The translations under genes and the position numbers were made by a program. Shown piece by piece: positions 1-9,499 of a DNA stretch of 64,000 bases. The stretch is from positions 1 to 64,000 of IMG/VR virus record IMGVR_UViG_3300011113_000492, one strand, 5' to 3'. Within the stretch, counting starts at the first letter, position 1. Each line of letters opens with the position of its first letter. The notes under the pieces were generated by a model that worked only from the letters and a program-made list of their open reading frames with translations, was not told where the DNA came from and searched no databases. Source of the stretch: a virus.

Positions 1-153
1 GGGTGGTCAGTGAGTTTCCCAATTTGGAAAGACACTGCAAAAGATATCAATCACGCCGTTCAATTGTACGGAAAGTTGTTTGTTATGAAAGCTATTCTGG
101 ATGCAAGAGAATCCAACCCATTAAAAATTAAATTGTTAGCTAATAAAATATGA
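1..153 (+). CDS. DNA primase, C-terminal fragment (gene runs off the window start)
   Basis: Frame 1 reads GWSVSFPIWKDTAKDINHAVQLYGKLFVMKAILDARESNPLKIKLLANKI*. This resembles the TOPRIM end (KDxN) of T4-like primases and lies upstream of a helicase. Confidence 0.65.
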   Translation, partial: GWSVSFPIWKDTAKDINHAVQLYGKLFVMKAILDARESNPLKIKLLANKI

Positions 154-181
154 CCAACAAATAAAGGTATTTTTAGAACTG

Positions 182-946
182 ATGATAAATAAAAGTATAG
201 GAAATAAAACTATGACTTTTATCGAAAACAAGTACAGTAAGTGGTATTGGAATATTATAGAAAAATCTAAGAATAGAAACCTTCCCGATGACATTTATAA
301 AGAAAAACATCATATTGTCCCGAGAAGTTTAGGCGGAGATAATTCGAAAGAAAATTTAGTCAGTTTAACAGGAAAGGAACATTTTATATGTCATCTACTG
401 TTAGTAAAGATGGTATCAAAACAGGATAAACATCGTATGGCTTATGCTGCATGGCAAATGACAATGATTAATGGTAGACGTCGATATAAAATGTCATCAA
501 GAATATATGAATTATTGCGTAAACAATTATCAAAATCTTTGATCGGCAGATCTTTTTCAGAAGAAACAAAACAAAAAATTGGTCAGAAAAGTAAGGGGAG
601 AAAACCTATGTTAGGTAAAAAACATTCTGAAGGAACAAAGAAAAAAATATCAGATTCAAAAATTGGAATATCAACACCAAAATCTATAGAAACACGGAAA
701 AGAATGTCAGACACTTGGAAAAAAATTGCCCCGGATCGTGCAGGGATAAAAAATCCCATGCACGGAAAAAAACAAAGTTCAGACACCAAAGAACTAATAT
801 CAAAAGCAAACAGCGGAAAAAATAATGGGATGTATGGAAAATATAAAGATAGTCCCATGGTGCAATGCCCGCATTGCGATAAAAAAGGAAAAGATGGTCC
901 AAATTTTAATAGATGGCATTTTAATCATTGCAAGGAAAAAACATGA
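182..946 (+). CDS. Free-standing HNH homing endonuclease with NUMOD3-type repeats
   Basis: KHHIVPRSLGGDNSKENLVSLTGKEHFICH HNH motif, SEETKQKI-type repeats and a C-terminal CPHC. Likely start is the ATG at 212. Its stop overlaps the helicase start (ATGA). Confidence 0.9.
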   Translation: MINKSIGNKTMTFIENKYSKWYWNIIEKSKNRNLPDDIYKEKHHIVPRSLGGDNSKENLVSLTGKEHFICHLLLVKMVSKQDKHRMAYAAWQMTMINGRRRYKMSSRIYELLRKQLSKSLIGRSFSEETKQKIGQKSKGRKPMLGKKHSEGTKKKISDSKIGISTPKSIETRKRMSDTWKKIAPDRAGIKNPMHGKKQSSDTKELISKANSGKNNGMYGKYKDSPMVQCPHCDKKGKDGPNFNRWHFNHCKEKT

Positions 947-2394
947 ATAAGGAATATAGCGTTCAACTACAGACTCTATTTTTGGAAATGATGTTACAAA
1001 ATTCAGAAAGCTATGTGCGTGTTCAAAATATCTATAACCCAGAAAATTTTGATCGCAGTTTAAAGTCTGCTGCCAAGTTTATCAAAGACCATGTTGATGC
1101 ACACAAAGCCATGCCCACTGCTGAACAAATTCGAGCAGTCACAGGCACAGATTTAAAGCCCGTTCCGGATCTCGGTGAAAATCACTATGACTGGTTCATG
1201 ATTGAATTTGAGGGCTTTACTAAAAAATATGAACTAGAGCGGGCAGTGCTCAAAGCCGCAGACATGATTGAAAAAGGTGACTTTGACCCCATTGAAAAAA
1301 TTATCAAAGATGCTGTGCAGATCAGTTTGACCAAAGACATGGGCACAGATTACTTTGCTGATCCCCGTGCTCGATTGATGAAAATTAAAAGCAACAATGG
1401 ACAAATTAGCACAGGCTGGCCCACAATGGACAAGCGATTATTTGGCGGCATGAACCGAGGAGAACTAAACATTTTTGCAGGTGGATCAGGTTCGGGTAAG
1501 TCGTTGTTTATGCAAAACATTGCATTAAATTGGGTCATCGCTGGGCTGAACGGTGTGTTTTTAACTTTAGAACTCAGTGAAGAACTCTGCGCTATGCGTA
1601 TTGACAGCATGGCCGCAAATGTCAGCACTAGAGAAATTTTTAAAGAACTGGACACAGTGGAATTAAAGATTGGCATGCTGGGCAAAAAGTCTGGCAGCAT
1701 GAGAATCAAATACATGCCAGCACAGAGTAATGTAAATCAGATTCGTGCATATCTCAAAGAACTTGAAGTTCAGACTGGCCGTAAAACAGATTTTATTATG
1801 GTAGACTACCTAGACCTTGTTATGCCGGTCAGTGCCAAAGTCAGCCCCAATGATTTATTTGTCAAAGACAAATACGTGTCTGAAGAACTAAGAAACTTGG
1901 CCAAAGAGTTTGGCGTATTAATGATCACTGCCAGTCAGTTAAATAGAAGTGCAGTTGAGGAGATTGAGTTTGATCACAGTCATATCAGTGGTGGTATTAG
2001 TAAGATTAATACAGCGGACAATGTATTTGGAATCTTTACATCCAGAGCTATGCGTGAACGTGGTCGCTATCAAATCCAGTTGATGAAAACTCGCAGCAGC
2101 AGCGGTGTGGGTATGAAAGTAGACTTAGACTACGATATTGATACATTGCGTATCACAGACCCCGGCGAAGATGCACAGGGTACTCCAGGCACAGTTAAAC
2201 CCCAGGTTGGTAGCATTATGAGAAGTATTAAGGCCAGATCTACCAGTGCAGATGACGCAGACTCTCCAAAGAAATTTGAAAGAGCAACAGGCACACCAGC
2301 ATGGGAACAGCCTGCGGGCAGTGGAATTGGCGGCGGCGCTGCCCAAAACGCAAAGCTTAAACAGATGCTGGCAGGATTGAAGAAAGTAGAATAA
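943..2394 (+). CDS. Replicative DnaB/gp41-like DNA helicase
   Basis: Walker A GGSGSGKS, Walker B IMVDYLD, TASQLNR and ADNV motifs. No intein-sized insert. Confidence 0.93.
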   Translation: MNKEYSVQLQTLFLEMMLQNSESYVRVQNIYNPENFDRSLKSAAKFIKDHVDAHKAMPTAEQIRAVTGTDLKPVPDLGENHYDWFMIEFEGFTKKYELERAVLKAADMIEKGDFDPIEKIIKDAVQISLTKDMGTDYFADPRARLMKIKSNNGQISTGWPTMDKRLFGGMNRGELNIFAGGSGSGKSLFMQNIALNWVIAGLNGVFLTLELSEELCAMRIDSMAANVSTREIFKELDTVELKIGMLGKKSGSMRIKYMPAQSNVNQIRAYLKELEVQTGRKTDFIMVDYLDLVMPVSAKVSPNDLFVKDKYVSEELRNLAKEFGVLMITASQLNRSAVEEIEFDHSHISGGISKINTADNVFGIFTSRAMRERGRYQIQLMKTRSSSGVGMKVDLDYDIDTLRITDPGEDAQGTPGTVKPQVGSIMRSIKARSTSADDADSPKKFERATGTPAWEQPAGSGIGGGAAQNAKLKQMLAGLKKVE

Positions 2395-3512
2395 TGAATG
2401 AATTGTACTGCCCCATGATTCACGGGGGACTGAATATAGATTTAAAACAAAACGGTCAGCTGTCTTTTAACCAATGTTGTTTGAGTACAGTGAATTTAAC
2501 AATACCTTCAGATATAACAAATATTTGGAATAATGAAAAATTAATTGAAATCAGAGATCAAAATAACCGAAATATTTGGAATAAAGATTGTTGGGAATGT
2601 GAACGATTAGAAAATGCAGGGATGAGAAGTTTTAGACAGGCGATGATTGATAAATTTGGTATAAAGAAAAATTTATCAGGCCCGCAACGAATAGATTTGT
2701 TATTTGATCGTAGTTGTAATCTAGCATGTATGACCTGCGGGCCAAGTTCTAGCACCTTATGGCAAAAACATCTTAAAGAACATAAGCTGCTTCAGTCTGA
2801 CTATTCTAATAAAACAACCATAGATGATATTTTTAAAACTTTAAAATCTTTGGATTTAAGTAATTTAGAATTAGTGCAGTTTTGTGGCGGCGAAACGTTA
2901 TTAGGTAACACCTATTGGGACACAGCCGAATTTATAGCAAATCTTATTCCCAATTGTACAAATAAAATAGATATCGCATTCCAAACAAATGGAACACAAT
3001 CAATTGATAAAAAATATTTTAATATTATTGAAAAATTCAGACTGGTAAAATTTTTTATTAGCTTGGACTCAACCCATAACAGATTTGAATATCTCAGATG
3101 GCCTGCTAGCTGGAATCAAGTAACAGATAATATTATGAAGATGCGTGAAGAATTGCCGGTCAATGTCATGTTTTCAGTACAAGAAGTTGTTAGTTGTCTA
3201 AATATGTATCATTATTTGGACGTACCAAATTGGTTAAATGAAAATTTTAAAACAAATAGACTCGGGGATCCTGTTGACTATTCCACCCAATTAGCCATGC
3301 ATAAGCACTTAGATGTTAATAACGTTACGCAAGAATATGTAGATGCAATAGCACATACCCCAATAAAAAATATTTTACGGAAAAATTGGAAGGAAAATCC
3401 AGAAAATATTAAAAACATGCTAGAAAATTTAAAATTATTCGATTCGTTACGAAACAAAAATTGGCAATATGATTTTCCCGAAGTAGCACAGTTTTATTCT
3501 AGATATCTTTAA
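2394..3512 (+). CDS. Radical SAM protein with N-terminal SPASM/twitch-like cysteines
   Basis: CNLACMTC (CxxxCxxC), GGETL motif and N-terminal YCP...CC...CWEC. Confidence 0.85.
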   Translation: MNELYCPMIHGGLNIDLKQNGQLSFNQCCLSTVNLTIPSDITNIWNNEKLIEIRDQNNRNIWNKDCWECERLENAGMRSFRQAMIDKFGIKKNLSGPQRIDLLFDRSCNLACMTCGPSSSTLWQKHLKEHKLLQSDYSNKTTIDDIFKTLKSLDLSNLELVQFCGGETLLGNTYWDTAEFIANLIPNCTNKIDIAFQTNGTQSIDKKYFNIIEKFRLVKFFISLDSTHNRFEYLRWPASWNQVTDNIMKMREELPVNVMFSVQEVVSCLNMYHYLDVPNWLNENFKTNRLGDPVDYSTQLAMHKHLDVNNVTQEYVDAIAHTPIKNILRKNWKENPENIKNMLENLKLFDSLRNKNWQYDFPEVAQFYSRYL

Positions 3513-3540
3513 TAAATATAGTTAATCTGGAGTCAGTATT

Positions 3541-3792
3541 TTGCAGAAAAAAACTCGTAGTCTATTAGAAGAACTAGATTCGTTACGATTACACAAAGAC
3601 AAAGAAAATCTTGTGGAAAGTCGGGCCAATCACGTCATCACTGGCGCCATAAATCTTATTAACTTTATTCGTGAAAACTACGATAAAGAACAAGCAGAAG
3701 AATTAGAACGTAGATTAATTAACAGTATTAGGTCACAGGATACAGCTAAATTTAGTCGTGGCGTTAAAAGGATAACCAATGAAAGTAAATGA
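3541..3792 (+). CDS. Hypothetical phage protein (late gene)
   Basis: 83-aa ORF with TTG start, downstream of a late-promoter-like ATAAATA (about 3512) and a GGAG. Confidence 0.6.
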   Translation: MQKKTRSLLEELDSLRLHKDKENLVESRANHVITGAINLINFIRENYDKEQAEELERRLINSIRSQDTAKFSRGVKRITNESK

Positions 3793-4546
3793 AGTTATCA
3801 CCGAAGCCGGAGTATGGCAAGGCGTAAAAAATATCGGCCGGGGTATAGGACAAGTGGTAGGTGGAGCAGCAACAGGAGTTGTTCAGGGACTAGACATGCT
3901 GGCTGGTGGGTCCGGCGATGTCGGTACATTAAAACAGCGAGCACGGCGTAAATTAAATCAAACTACTCAGAATTTGGCTGCCGTAAATCGAGAGTTACCC
4001 GAACAAGCTTTAGCAAATTTTGAAGCCCGGCTGGGTCAGGACGGCATCGACCTAAACGATCCCACAACTTTTAATCCCACGTTAATTCGAAATTTTTTAC
4101 CTGACTTTGGATTCCAATTTTTTGCCGGCGGCGAAGACGATGATATAAAGGCATATATATCTAAAACTATGGAATATGAACCTTTACCTAGCAAAATTGA
4201 TAGCAAAACTGTACTGAATTATTTTAAAGAGTTAACAAAAATTAGATCTAATGCTATAATATGGATAACTCAAAATCAATCTACAAAGGCCATTCAGCAA
4301 GCGCAGCAAACTCAGGAGCCTGCAACTCAAAAACCACCAGCTCCGCCGGTGTCTCCCGGTGGAGTAACATTGTCTCGCCTAGCTGGGCGAGATAATGCAG
4401 GGCAGCTCATGCCTACCCGTGTAATCTATAATAATAAACCATATGCGCTGCAGGATGATGGTAGTTGGATAGATGTTTTAAAGAACAAGACTGTCAATCC
4501 TGCATTGGCGTCATTCTTGCAACAAGAATTAGAATCTATATCATGA
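3779..4546 (+). CDS. Putative internal virion protein with glycine-rich amphipathic segment
   Basis: N-terminus MKVNEVITEA followed by GIGQVVGGAATGVVQG. Coupled to its neighbours. Confidence 0.5.
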   Translation: MKVNEVITEAGVWQGVKNIGRGIGQVVGGAATGVVQGLDMLAGGSGDVGTLKQRARRKLNQTTQNLAAVNRELPEQALANFEARLGQDGIDLNDPTTFNPTLIRNFLPDFGFQFFAGGEDDDIKAYISKTMEYEPLPSKIDSKTVLNYFKELTKIRSNAIIWITQNQSTKAIQQAQQTQEPATQKPPAPPVSPGGVTLSRLAGRDNAGQLMPTRVIYNNKPYALQDDGSWIDVLKNKTVNPALASFLQQELESIS

Positions 4547-5850
4547 AATTATTTGAAATTAAAGAAGCTCCTGCGGCATGGTTATTATGCGAAGCAGCAG
4601 AAGGTAAAAATGTACACTTAGAACATGTAGAAGATCTTGTCTACAATGAAGGTTATTTGGGCGCACAAAAAGCACTTAACTATATGGAGGGTCTTCGCAG
4701 AATGTTTGCACAGGGAGAAGGCCAGCCAGTTAAGGTTACTGTAAAGTGGGACGGTGCTCCTGCTATTATCTGTGGCACTGATCCTTTAGACGGTAAATTT
4801 TTTGTAGGCACAAAAAGCGTGTTTTCTAAAAATGAACCTAAACTATGCAAAAGTGCAAAAGACATTAGAAACTTTTATGGAGCGCAGGAAGGGTTAGCTA
4901 ATAAACTTACCATTGCTTTAAAATATTTGAGTAAATTAGGTATCGGTAATGTATTACAGGGTGATTTAATGTTTACGCCCGGGGATGTTACTACAGCTCC
5001 TTTGCCCAGCGGTGCAGGCACCGAAGAATGCTATATTTTTACCCCTAACACTATTACATATGCAGTGCCTGTAAACAGTGAATTGGGCAAAAGAATTGAA
5101 AAAGCTAAAATAGGTATAATTTTTCATACAGCTTATGAAGGTGACAGTTTACCTAATATGCAGGCTGTGTTTGGGGCTTCAGTGGCAGGTCTGCAACCTA
5201 ACAATGCTGTTTGGTATGACGATGCCACATATAAAGACTTTACGGGTAGGGCCAGTTTGACACCCGATGAAGATGCAAGAATCAAAGGCACATTAACTGC
5301 CGCAGCAACAACATTCAAGAAAATTAAAGAAAAAGACTTCAATCGTATTATCTTTACCGGTCGCACTACCAAAAGCGGCGATGAAGAAATGACAGAGTTT
5401 GCTACGTACATTAAACCTTTTATTAATAACATGGTACGTGGCGGCACACAGGTAGGAGATCCCACTACATTCTTAAAGAATTTTTTGACATTTTACAAAG
5501 GTAAGATGGAGGCAGAAATTGCTAAATTAAAAGGCGGGCCTGACAGTCCTGCTGCCGCTGCCCGTATACAAAAAATACAGGATAAAGAACAATTTATGGC
5601 CGACAACAGTAATATATTGTTGGGAATTCTTGCCATATATAAACGTATAATCGAAGCCAAAGTCATGCTTTTGCAGAAGATGCAACAAATTGAAAGTATA
5701 GGCACGTTCTTAAAAACTGACAATGGGTATCGCGTAACAGCACCTGAGGGATTTGTTGCCATTGGGCATGATGGCGGCGCAGTTAAGTTAGTTGACCGAA
5801 TTGAATTCAGCAAAGCTAATTTTACCGCCCCAAAGCAGTGGAAAAAATAA
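4543..5850 (+). CDS. Conserved T4-like phage protein (DUF6267-like)
   Basis: KNVHLEHVED, TVKWDGAPA, QGDLMF and EGFV...VKLVDRIEFS motifs recognised from T4-like phage proteins. ATG at 4543 overlaps the upstream TGA. Confidence 0.6.
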   Translation: MKLFEIKEAPAAWLLCEAAEGKNVHLEHVEDLVYNEGYLGAQKALNYMEGLRRMFAQGEGQPVKVTVKWDGAPAIICGTDPLDGKFFVGTKSVFSKNEPKLCKSAKDIRNFYGAQEGLANKLTIALKYLSKLGIGNVLQGDLMFTPGDVTTAPLPSGAGTEECYIFTPNTITYAVPVNSELGKRIEKAKIGIIFHTAYEGDSLPNMQAVFGASVAGLQPNNAVWYDDATYKDFTGRASLTPDEDARIKGTLTAAATTFKKIKEKDFNRIIFTGRTTKSGDEEMTEFATYIKPFINNMVRGGTQVGDPTTFLKNFLTFYKGKMEAEIAKLKGGPDSPAAAARIQKIQDKEQFMADNSNILLGILAIYKRIIEAKVMLLQKMQQIESIGTFLKTDNGYRVTAPEGFVAIGHDGGAVKLVDRIEFSKANFTAPKQWKK

Positions 5851-5906
5851 CTTTGGTATAAATAATTACATGCGTTAATTCGCAGAATTTTTAAAGGAAA
5901 AATAAA

Positions 5907-6314
5907 ATGGCAGTTTTTACACGTACAAATGGTAATGCACAAAACGTAGTCAGCGTTGGTAACATTGCTCTAAGCACAGAAGCAGCAAGCGCAAACGTTT
6001 TGATCAGCACAGGTATTGGCAAGCCAGTTCAGGCTTTTGCTATTAACTCTAACGTTTCTATGACCACACAATTTGGTACAGGCGAAGGCGTTGAAACAAT
6101 CCTGCGTACTATTGGATTGAATGCTACATTGTTAGCTTACCAAGTTGGTACAGCAAACAACGGCGCAGTTGCAAACGGTCTTCTAAGCGTTCTTGTTGAA
6201 GAAAGTGCTTGGAATGCAACAGACCTACAAGCTAATATTCGCTCTGCTACCAGCAGCGGATACAACACAACAGGTGTTGTTGTTACCCAGCCTGGCCTAC
6301 GCTTAGCCGAGTAA
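5907..6314 (+). CDS. Putative abundant virion structural protein
   Basis: Own late promoter (TATAAATA about 5857), AAGGA SD, biased codon usage, small Ala/Thr/Gly-rich protein and its own terminator. Confidence 0.55.
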   Translation: MAVFTRTNGNAQNVVSVGNIALSTEAASANVLISTGIGKPVQAFAINSNVSMTTQFGTGEGVETILRTIGLNATLLAYQVGTANNGAVANGLLSVLVEESAWNATDLQANIRSATSSGYNTTGVVVTQPGLRLAE

Positions 6315-6333
6315 TTTTAGTTTAAACTAAAAC

Positions 6334-6361
6334 AAAAAGGCACTTTTACAGTGCCTTTTTT
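6334..6361 (+). terminator. Intrinsic terminator (probably bidirectional)
   Basis: AAAAAGGCAC-TTTTACA-GTGCCTTTTTT. Confidence 0.85.
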
Positions 6362-6380
6362 GTTGGCTATAAATATTTTT

Positions 6381-6785
6381 ATGAACCCGTTTATCTGTGC
6401 AACTCTAGTAGATATAACACCCACTGATGTGACCAGGGGTGACAGCCCTGCACGAGATCAGCAACGTAATTGGGAAACAGTATTGCAGGTATTAGGGTTA
6501 AAAACTCAACCTATAATTTTAGGGGGGCCTGAACTTTTATTGGACATGGACGGTGTCAGTAAAATTTTCGGAGAGTTTTATCAAACCATGCAAAAAGTTT
6601 GGATATTTAAATTTGCCAGCGAAAGAAATATCTACACTGTAGATCAATTATACGAAGATTTTGAACAAGTACCGGTGATAACTGGACTAGATGAATCTGC
6701 CAAGTTCATGCTGCCAATTTTTCATAGCTATGGAATATTAAAAAACATATATTTTTCTACAGTAGATGAACTAAATATTAGTTGA
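6381..6785 (+). CDS. Hypothetical phage protein, apparently leaderless late gene
   Basis: TATAAATA (6368-6375) lies 5 nt before the ATG at 6381 and there is no SD. Confidence 0.6.
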   Translation: MNPFICATLVDITPTDVTRGDSPARDQQRNWETVLQVLGLKTQPIILGGPELLLDMDGVSKIFGEFYQTMQKVWIFKFASERNIYTVDQLYEDFEQVPVITGLDESAKFMLPIFHSYGILKNIYFSTVDELNIS

Positions 6786-6860
6786 TGCTACGGCACCATT
6801 AAGGCTTCTCTTTACGGCACATTTAGGCAACAATTAACGCATCGCTATTAAAGGCGTAAT

Positions 6861-7124
6861 ATGAGCAAAACCACCGATATTGAAAAGAAGAACCTTGAAG
6901 CGCACGTAGAACTTTGCGCGGAAAGGTACGCAGCTTTGGAAAATAAACTAGACAATCTAGACGAGCGTATGACTGTCATCGAGCGTCATATTGTAGATAT
7001 TAAAGACAGTATCACCAATAAAACAGGTGGCATTAATAAACAAATGATAACCATTGGAACTACTATAGTGGGTGTTATGTTTACAGCCATTATTACCCTA
7101 CTAATTCATCTGGCATCAAAGTGA
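6861..7124 (+). CDS. Holin/XhlA-like small protein (coiled coil plus C-terminal TM helix)
   Basis: Heptad coil ALENKLDNLDERMTVIE followed by hydrophobic MITIGTTIVGVMFTAIITLLIHLA. Confidence 0.5.
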   Translation: MSKTTDIEKKNLEAHVELCAERYAALENKLDNLDERMTVIERHIVDIKDSITNKTGGINKQMITIGTTIVGVMFTAIITLLIHLASK

Positions 7125-7333
7125 AAATTGTAGAACTTACGCAAAATATAAATGTGGCCATCACAAATGAGGAGGCAGACATGCTGTCTCAATTTGACGA
7201 ACAAACACCTGTTATGGCTAAAGGTGATATGGATGACAGACAACAACACATGGCTAATCAATTAGTGAATAAAAATCTATTAACAAGAAAAAATGAAAAC
7301 GGTCGAATCATATACAAAAAACGAGCTAGGTAA
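7121..7333 (+). CDS. Hypothetical phage protein
   Basis: 70-aa coupled ORF starting MKIVEL. Confidence 0.6.
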   Translation: MKIVELTQNINVAITNEEADMLSQFDEQTPVMAKGDMDDRQQHMANQLVNKNLLTRKNENGRIIYKKRAR

Positions 7334-7814
7334 ATTAATAGTAAACCTTGGTGTATCTAAAGTAAACATTTGGGCAAAAAAAGAACTTAATTATATTCGA
7401 TACGCTCTAAATCAACCTGTGCTGGTGCCCATAAACAATAATCAGTGGGTCATCGGAAATTATGTAATAACTAACTTAGGCACACACAGATATAAAGTTA
7501 CTAGGGATAATAAATTAATTCATACCTTTTATAGTAAACCTGCCGCGGTATTATATACAGTTCTTACTAAAATGCAATATTATAAAACAGCAGATGGGTT
7601 ACTGACAGCAGATATCGAAGTAGCCCGAATCCATGATGAATTAGAATTCTACACTGACAAGTTAACAAATAAGAATAAAAAAGATCCGTTTAAAACACAA
7701 TTGTGGTACGCAAGATATTATGATTTTAAATTAAAATTCAGCCCTGCTCGTCAAGAATTGGAAAAAAGAATCGCAACGGCTAAATATATAAAAATCTGGG
7801 AAACCTTAATATGA
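7293..7814 (+). CDS. Hypothetical phage protein
   Basis: 173-aa ORF within the operon. Confidence 0.6.
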   Translation: MKTVESYTKNELGKLIVNLGVSKVNIWAKKELNYIRYALNQPVLVPINNNQWVIGNYVITNLGTHRYKVTRDNKLIHTFYSKPAAVLYTVLTKMQYYKTADGLLTADIEVARIHDELEFYTDKLTNKNKKDPFKTQLWYARYYDFKLKFSPARQELEKRIATAKYIKIWETLI

Positions 7815-8482
7815 ATTTAAAAGAACTTGCACCACAAAAAACAAAACGATTGAACCGTGTCATGGAAAGCCGTTTTGGTTTTTCAATTGACTACGATAAT
7901 TTAACTTACGCAAAGGCTCAGCGTTTAAGTGCTGCATTAGGTGAAAGCCTGAATGTTATTAGAAAGAGCTACGGCGCTCATACAGCAGAAAAAAATCCAA
8001 AATACATGGAAATGCTTATGGTTCGCGAGGGACTAACTGAGTGGATTAATCAACATGAAACTCTACTAGAAGGTGAGTTGGAAACAGCTGAAGCAGTACT
8101 AGCAGCCAAAGATATGGTAGACAGTGTTCAGGATATGATCACTGATGCTAGTAAAATGATGAACGAAGAACTTCCACCGTTACTAGACACTATACGTGAC
8201 CAAATTGGTACCGCACAAGCTGACAGTTATAAGCAAACAGTTACAGCAGCACTGCAAGGACTAATGGATTCGTTAAATGGTGCCCGCGATGCACTAGACA
8301 ACGGAGCCCGAGTGCTTGCAGGTGAACAACCTGATCAAGCTATGAGCATGGGCGGCGAGCAAGGCTTACCCGGCCAGTTACCTCCAGCAGATTTAGACAG
8401 CGATTTAGATGCTGAAGATGACGGGTTTGCTGCCACAGATGCTGCTGCCGGTGACGATGAGTTAGGCAGAGAGCGTCGTTAA
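7811..8482 (+). CDS. Putative head/scaffold-associated protein with acidic tail
   Basis: Helical, with internal LLE motifs and an acidic C-terminus. A late promoter lies upstream at about 7779. Confidence 0.45.
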   Translation: MNLKELAPQKTKRLNRVMESRFGFSIDYDNLTYAKAQRLSAALGESLNVIRKSYGAHTAEKNPKYMEMLMVREGLTEWINQHETLLEGELETAEAVLAAKDMVDSVQDMITDASKMMNEELPPLLDTIRDQIGTAQADSYKQTVTAALQGLMDSLNGARDALDNGARVLAGEQPDQAMSMGGEQGLPGQLPPADLDSDLDAEDDGFAATDAAAGDDELGRERR

Positions 8483-8862
8483 TGCGGGCTGCGGACTTTA
8501 TTAAAGAAGACGTAGATGATCAAGACAGAGGTGATTATGGAAACATAATCACAGCTCTGAATCTTCTGCATAATAAAGTTATCAGGGGAGAAATTGCTTC
8601 TGAATTACCTACCCCAATGGTAATTCGGTATATATCAAATACTGGTCTAACTGGTTTTACTTACCAAAATTTAATTGCAGCCAATGCAGCTGAAGATTCA
8701 ATTAAATCGATGCTTAAAAACATTACTCCAGATACAATTAAGTTTACCACAGATTCTCAGAGTCAAATTGATAATCCAGAAGAGTACATGGCCGCGGCTG
8801 ATAATCCAGAACAAACAGTGTCAAACATGGCCAAAAGCGCCATGAAACGTAGACAAGACTAA
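8482..8862 (+). CDS. Hypothetical, putative internal head protein
   Basis: N-terminus MRAADFIKED. Confidence 0.5.
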   Translation: MRAADFIKEDVDDQDRGDYGNIITALNLLHNKVIRGEIASELPTPMVIRYISNTGLTGFTYQNLIAANAAEDSIKSMLKNITPDTIKFTTDSQSQIDNPEEYMAAADNPEQTVSNMAKSAMKRRQD

Positions 8863-8896
8863 ACTCACAAACGGGTTCACCGACATAAATACTTGT

Positions 8897-9499
8897 ATGA
8901 AACACAAGTATGGTCTGACTAAGTTTTGTCTGCATTGCAATAATAAATTTATTACAAAGCCTAGATATTTAGATTTTTGTTCCACTGCCTGTAAAAATCC
9001 TATTAATCGTCCTGGCCACATAGCATGGAATAAAGGGGTTAAATTATCAGACGAACAAAAATCTAAACTCAATATAGAAGGGTTGAAAAAAGGACACGGG
9101 TGGAATAGAGGCGTTCCAAATGAAGTTGCAAGAAAAAGATTCTTAGAAAATAACCCAAATAAAGAAGGCAAACTTAATAACTTAAGACCAAAAAAAGAAT
9201 GTAACGATAAATTTCTTATATACAAAAAAGAAGTAAGAAAAGCAACATATCGCACTCTTAAAGAAATGAAAACCGCTGGATATTTTCCAAAATTTGGAAA
9301 AAGAAAAATAGATTTGCAAGTAGATCATATTATACCATATAAACAAGGTTTTGATTTAGGCATACCGGCGTCTTTACTTGGCGGCAAAAATAATATACAA
9401 TTCTTAAAGGGTGAAGACAATAGAGCAAAATGGGATCACTACCAACCTATGTCGGTAGTAAGAGCGGTTATAGGAGCAATAAATGGCATACAGCGATAA
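8897..9499 (+). CDS. Free-standing HNH homing endonuclease (N-terminal Zn finger, C-terminal HNH) overlapping the iscU start
   Basis: CLHC...CSTAC zinc motif, IAWNKG NUMOD3-like motif and QVDHIIP...NIQFLKGEDNRAK HNH motif. ATAAATA lies 5 nt before the ATG. Confidence 0.85.
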   Translation: MKHKYGLTKFCLHCNNKFITKPRYLDFCSTACKNPINRPGHIAWNKGVKLSDEQKSKLNIEGLKKGHGWNRGVPNEVARKRFLENNPNKEGKLNNLRPKKECNDKFLIYKKEVRKATYRTLKEMKTAGYFPKFGKRKIDLQVDHIIPYKQGFDLGIPASLLGGKNNIQFLKGEDNRAKWDHYQPMSVVRAVIGAINGIQR

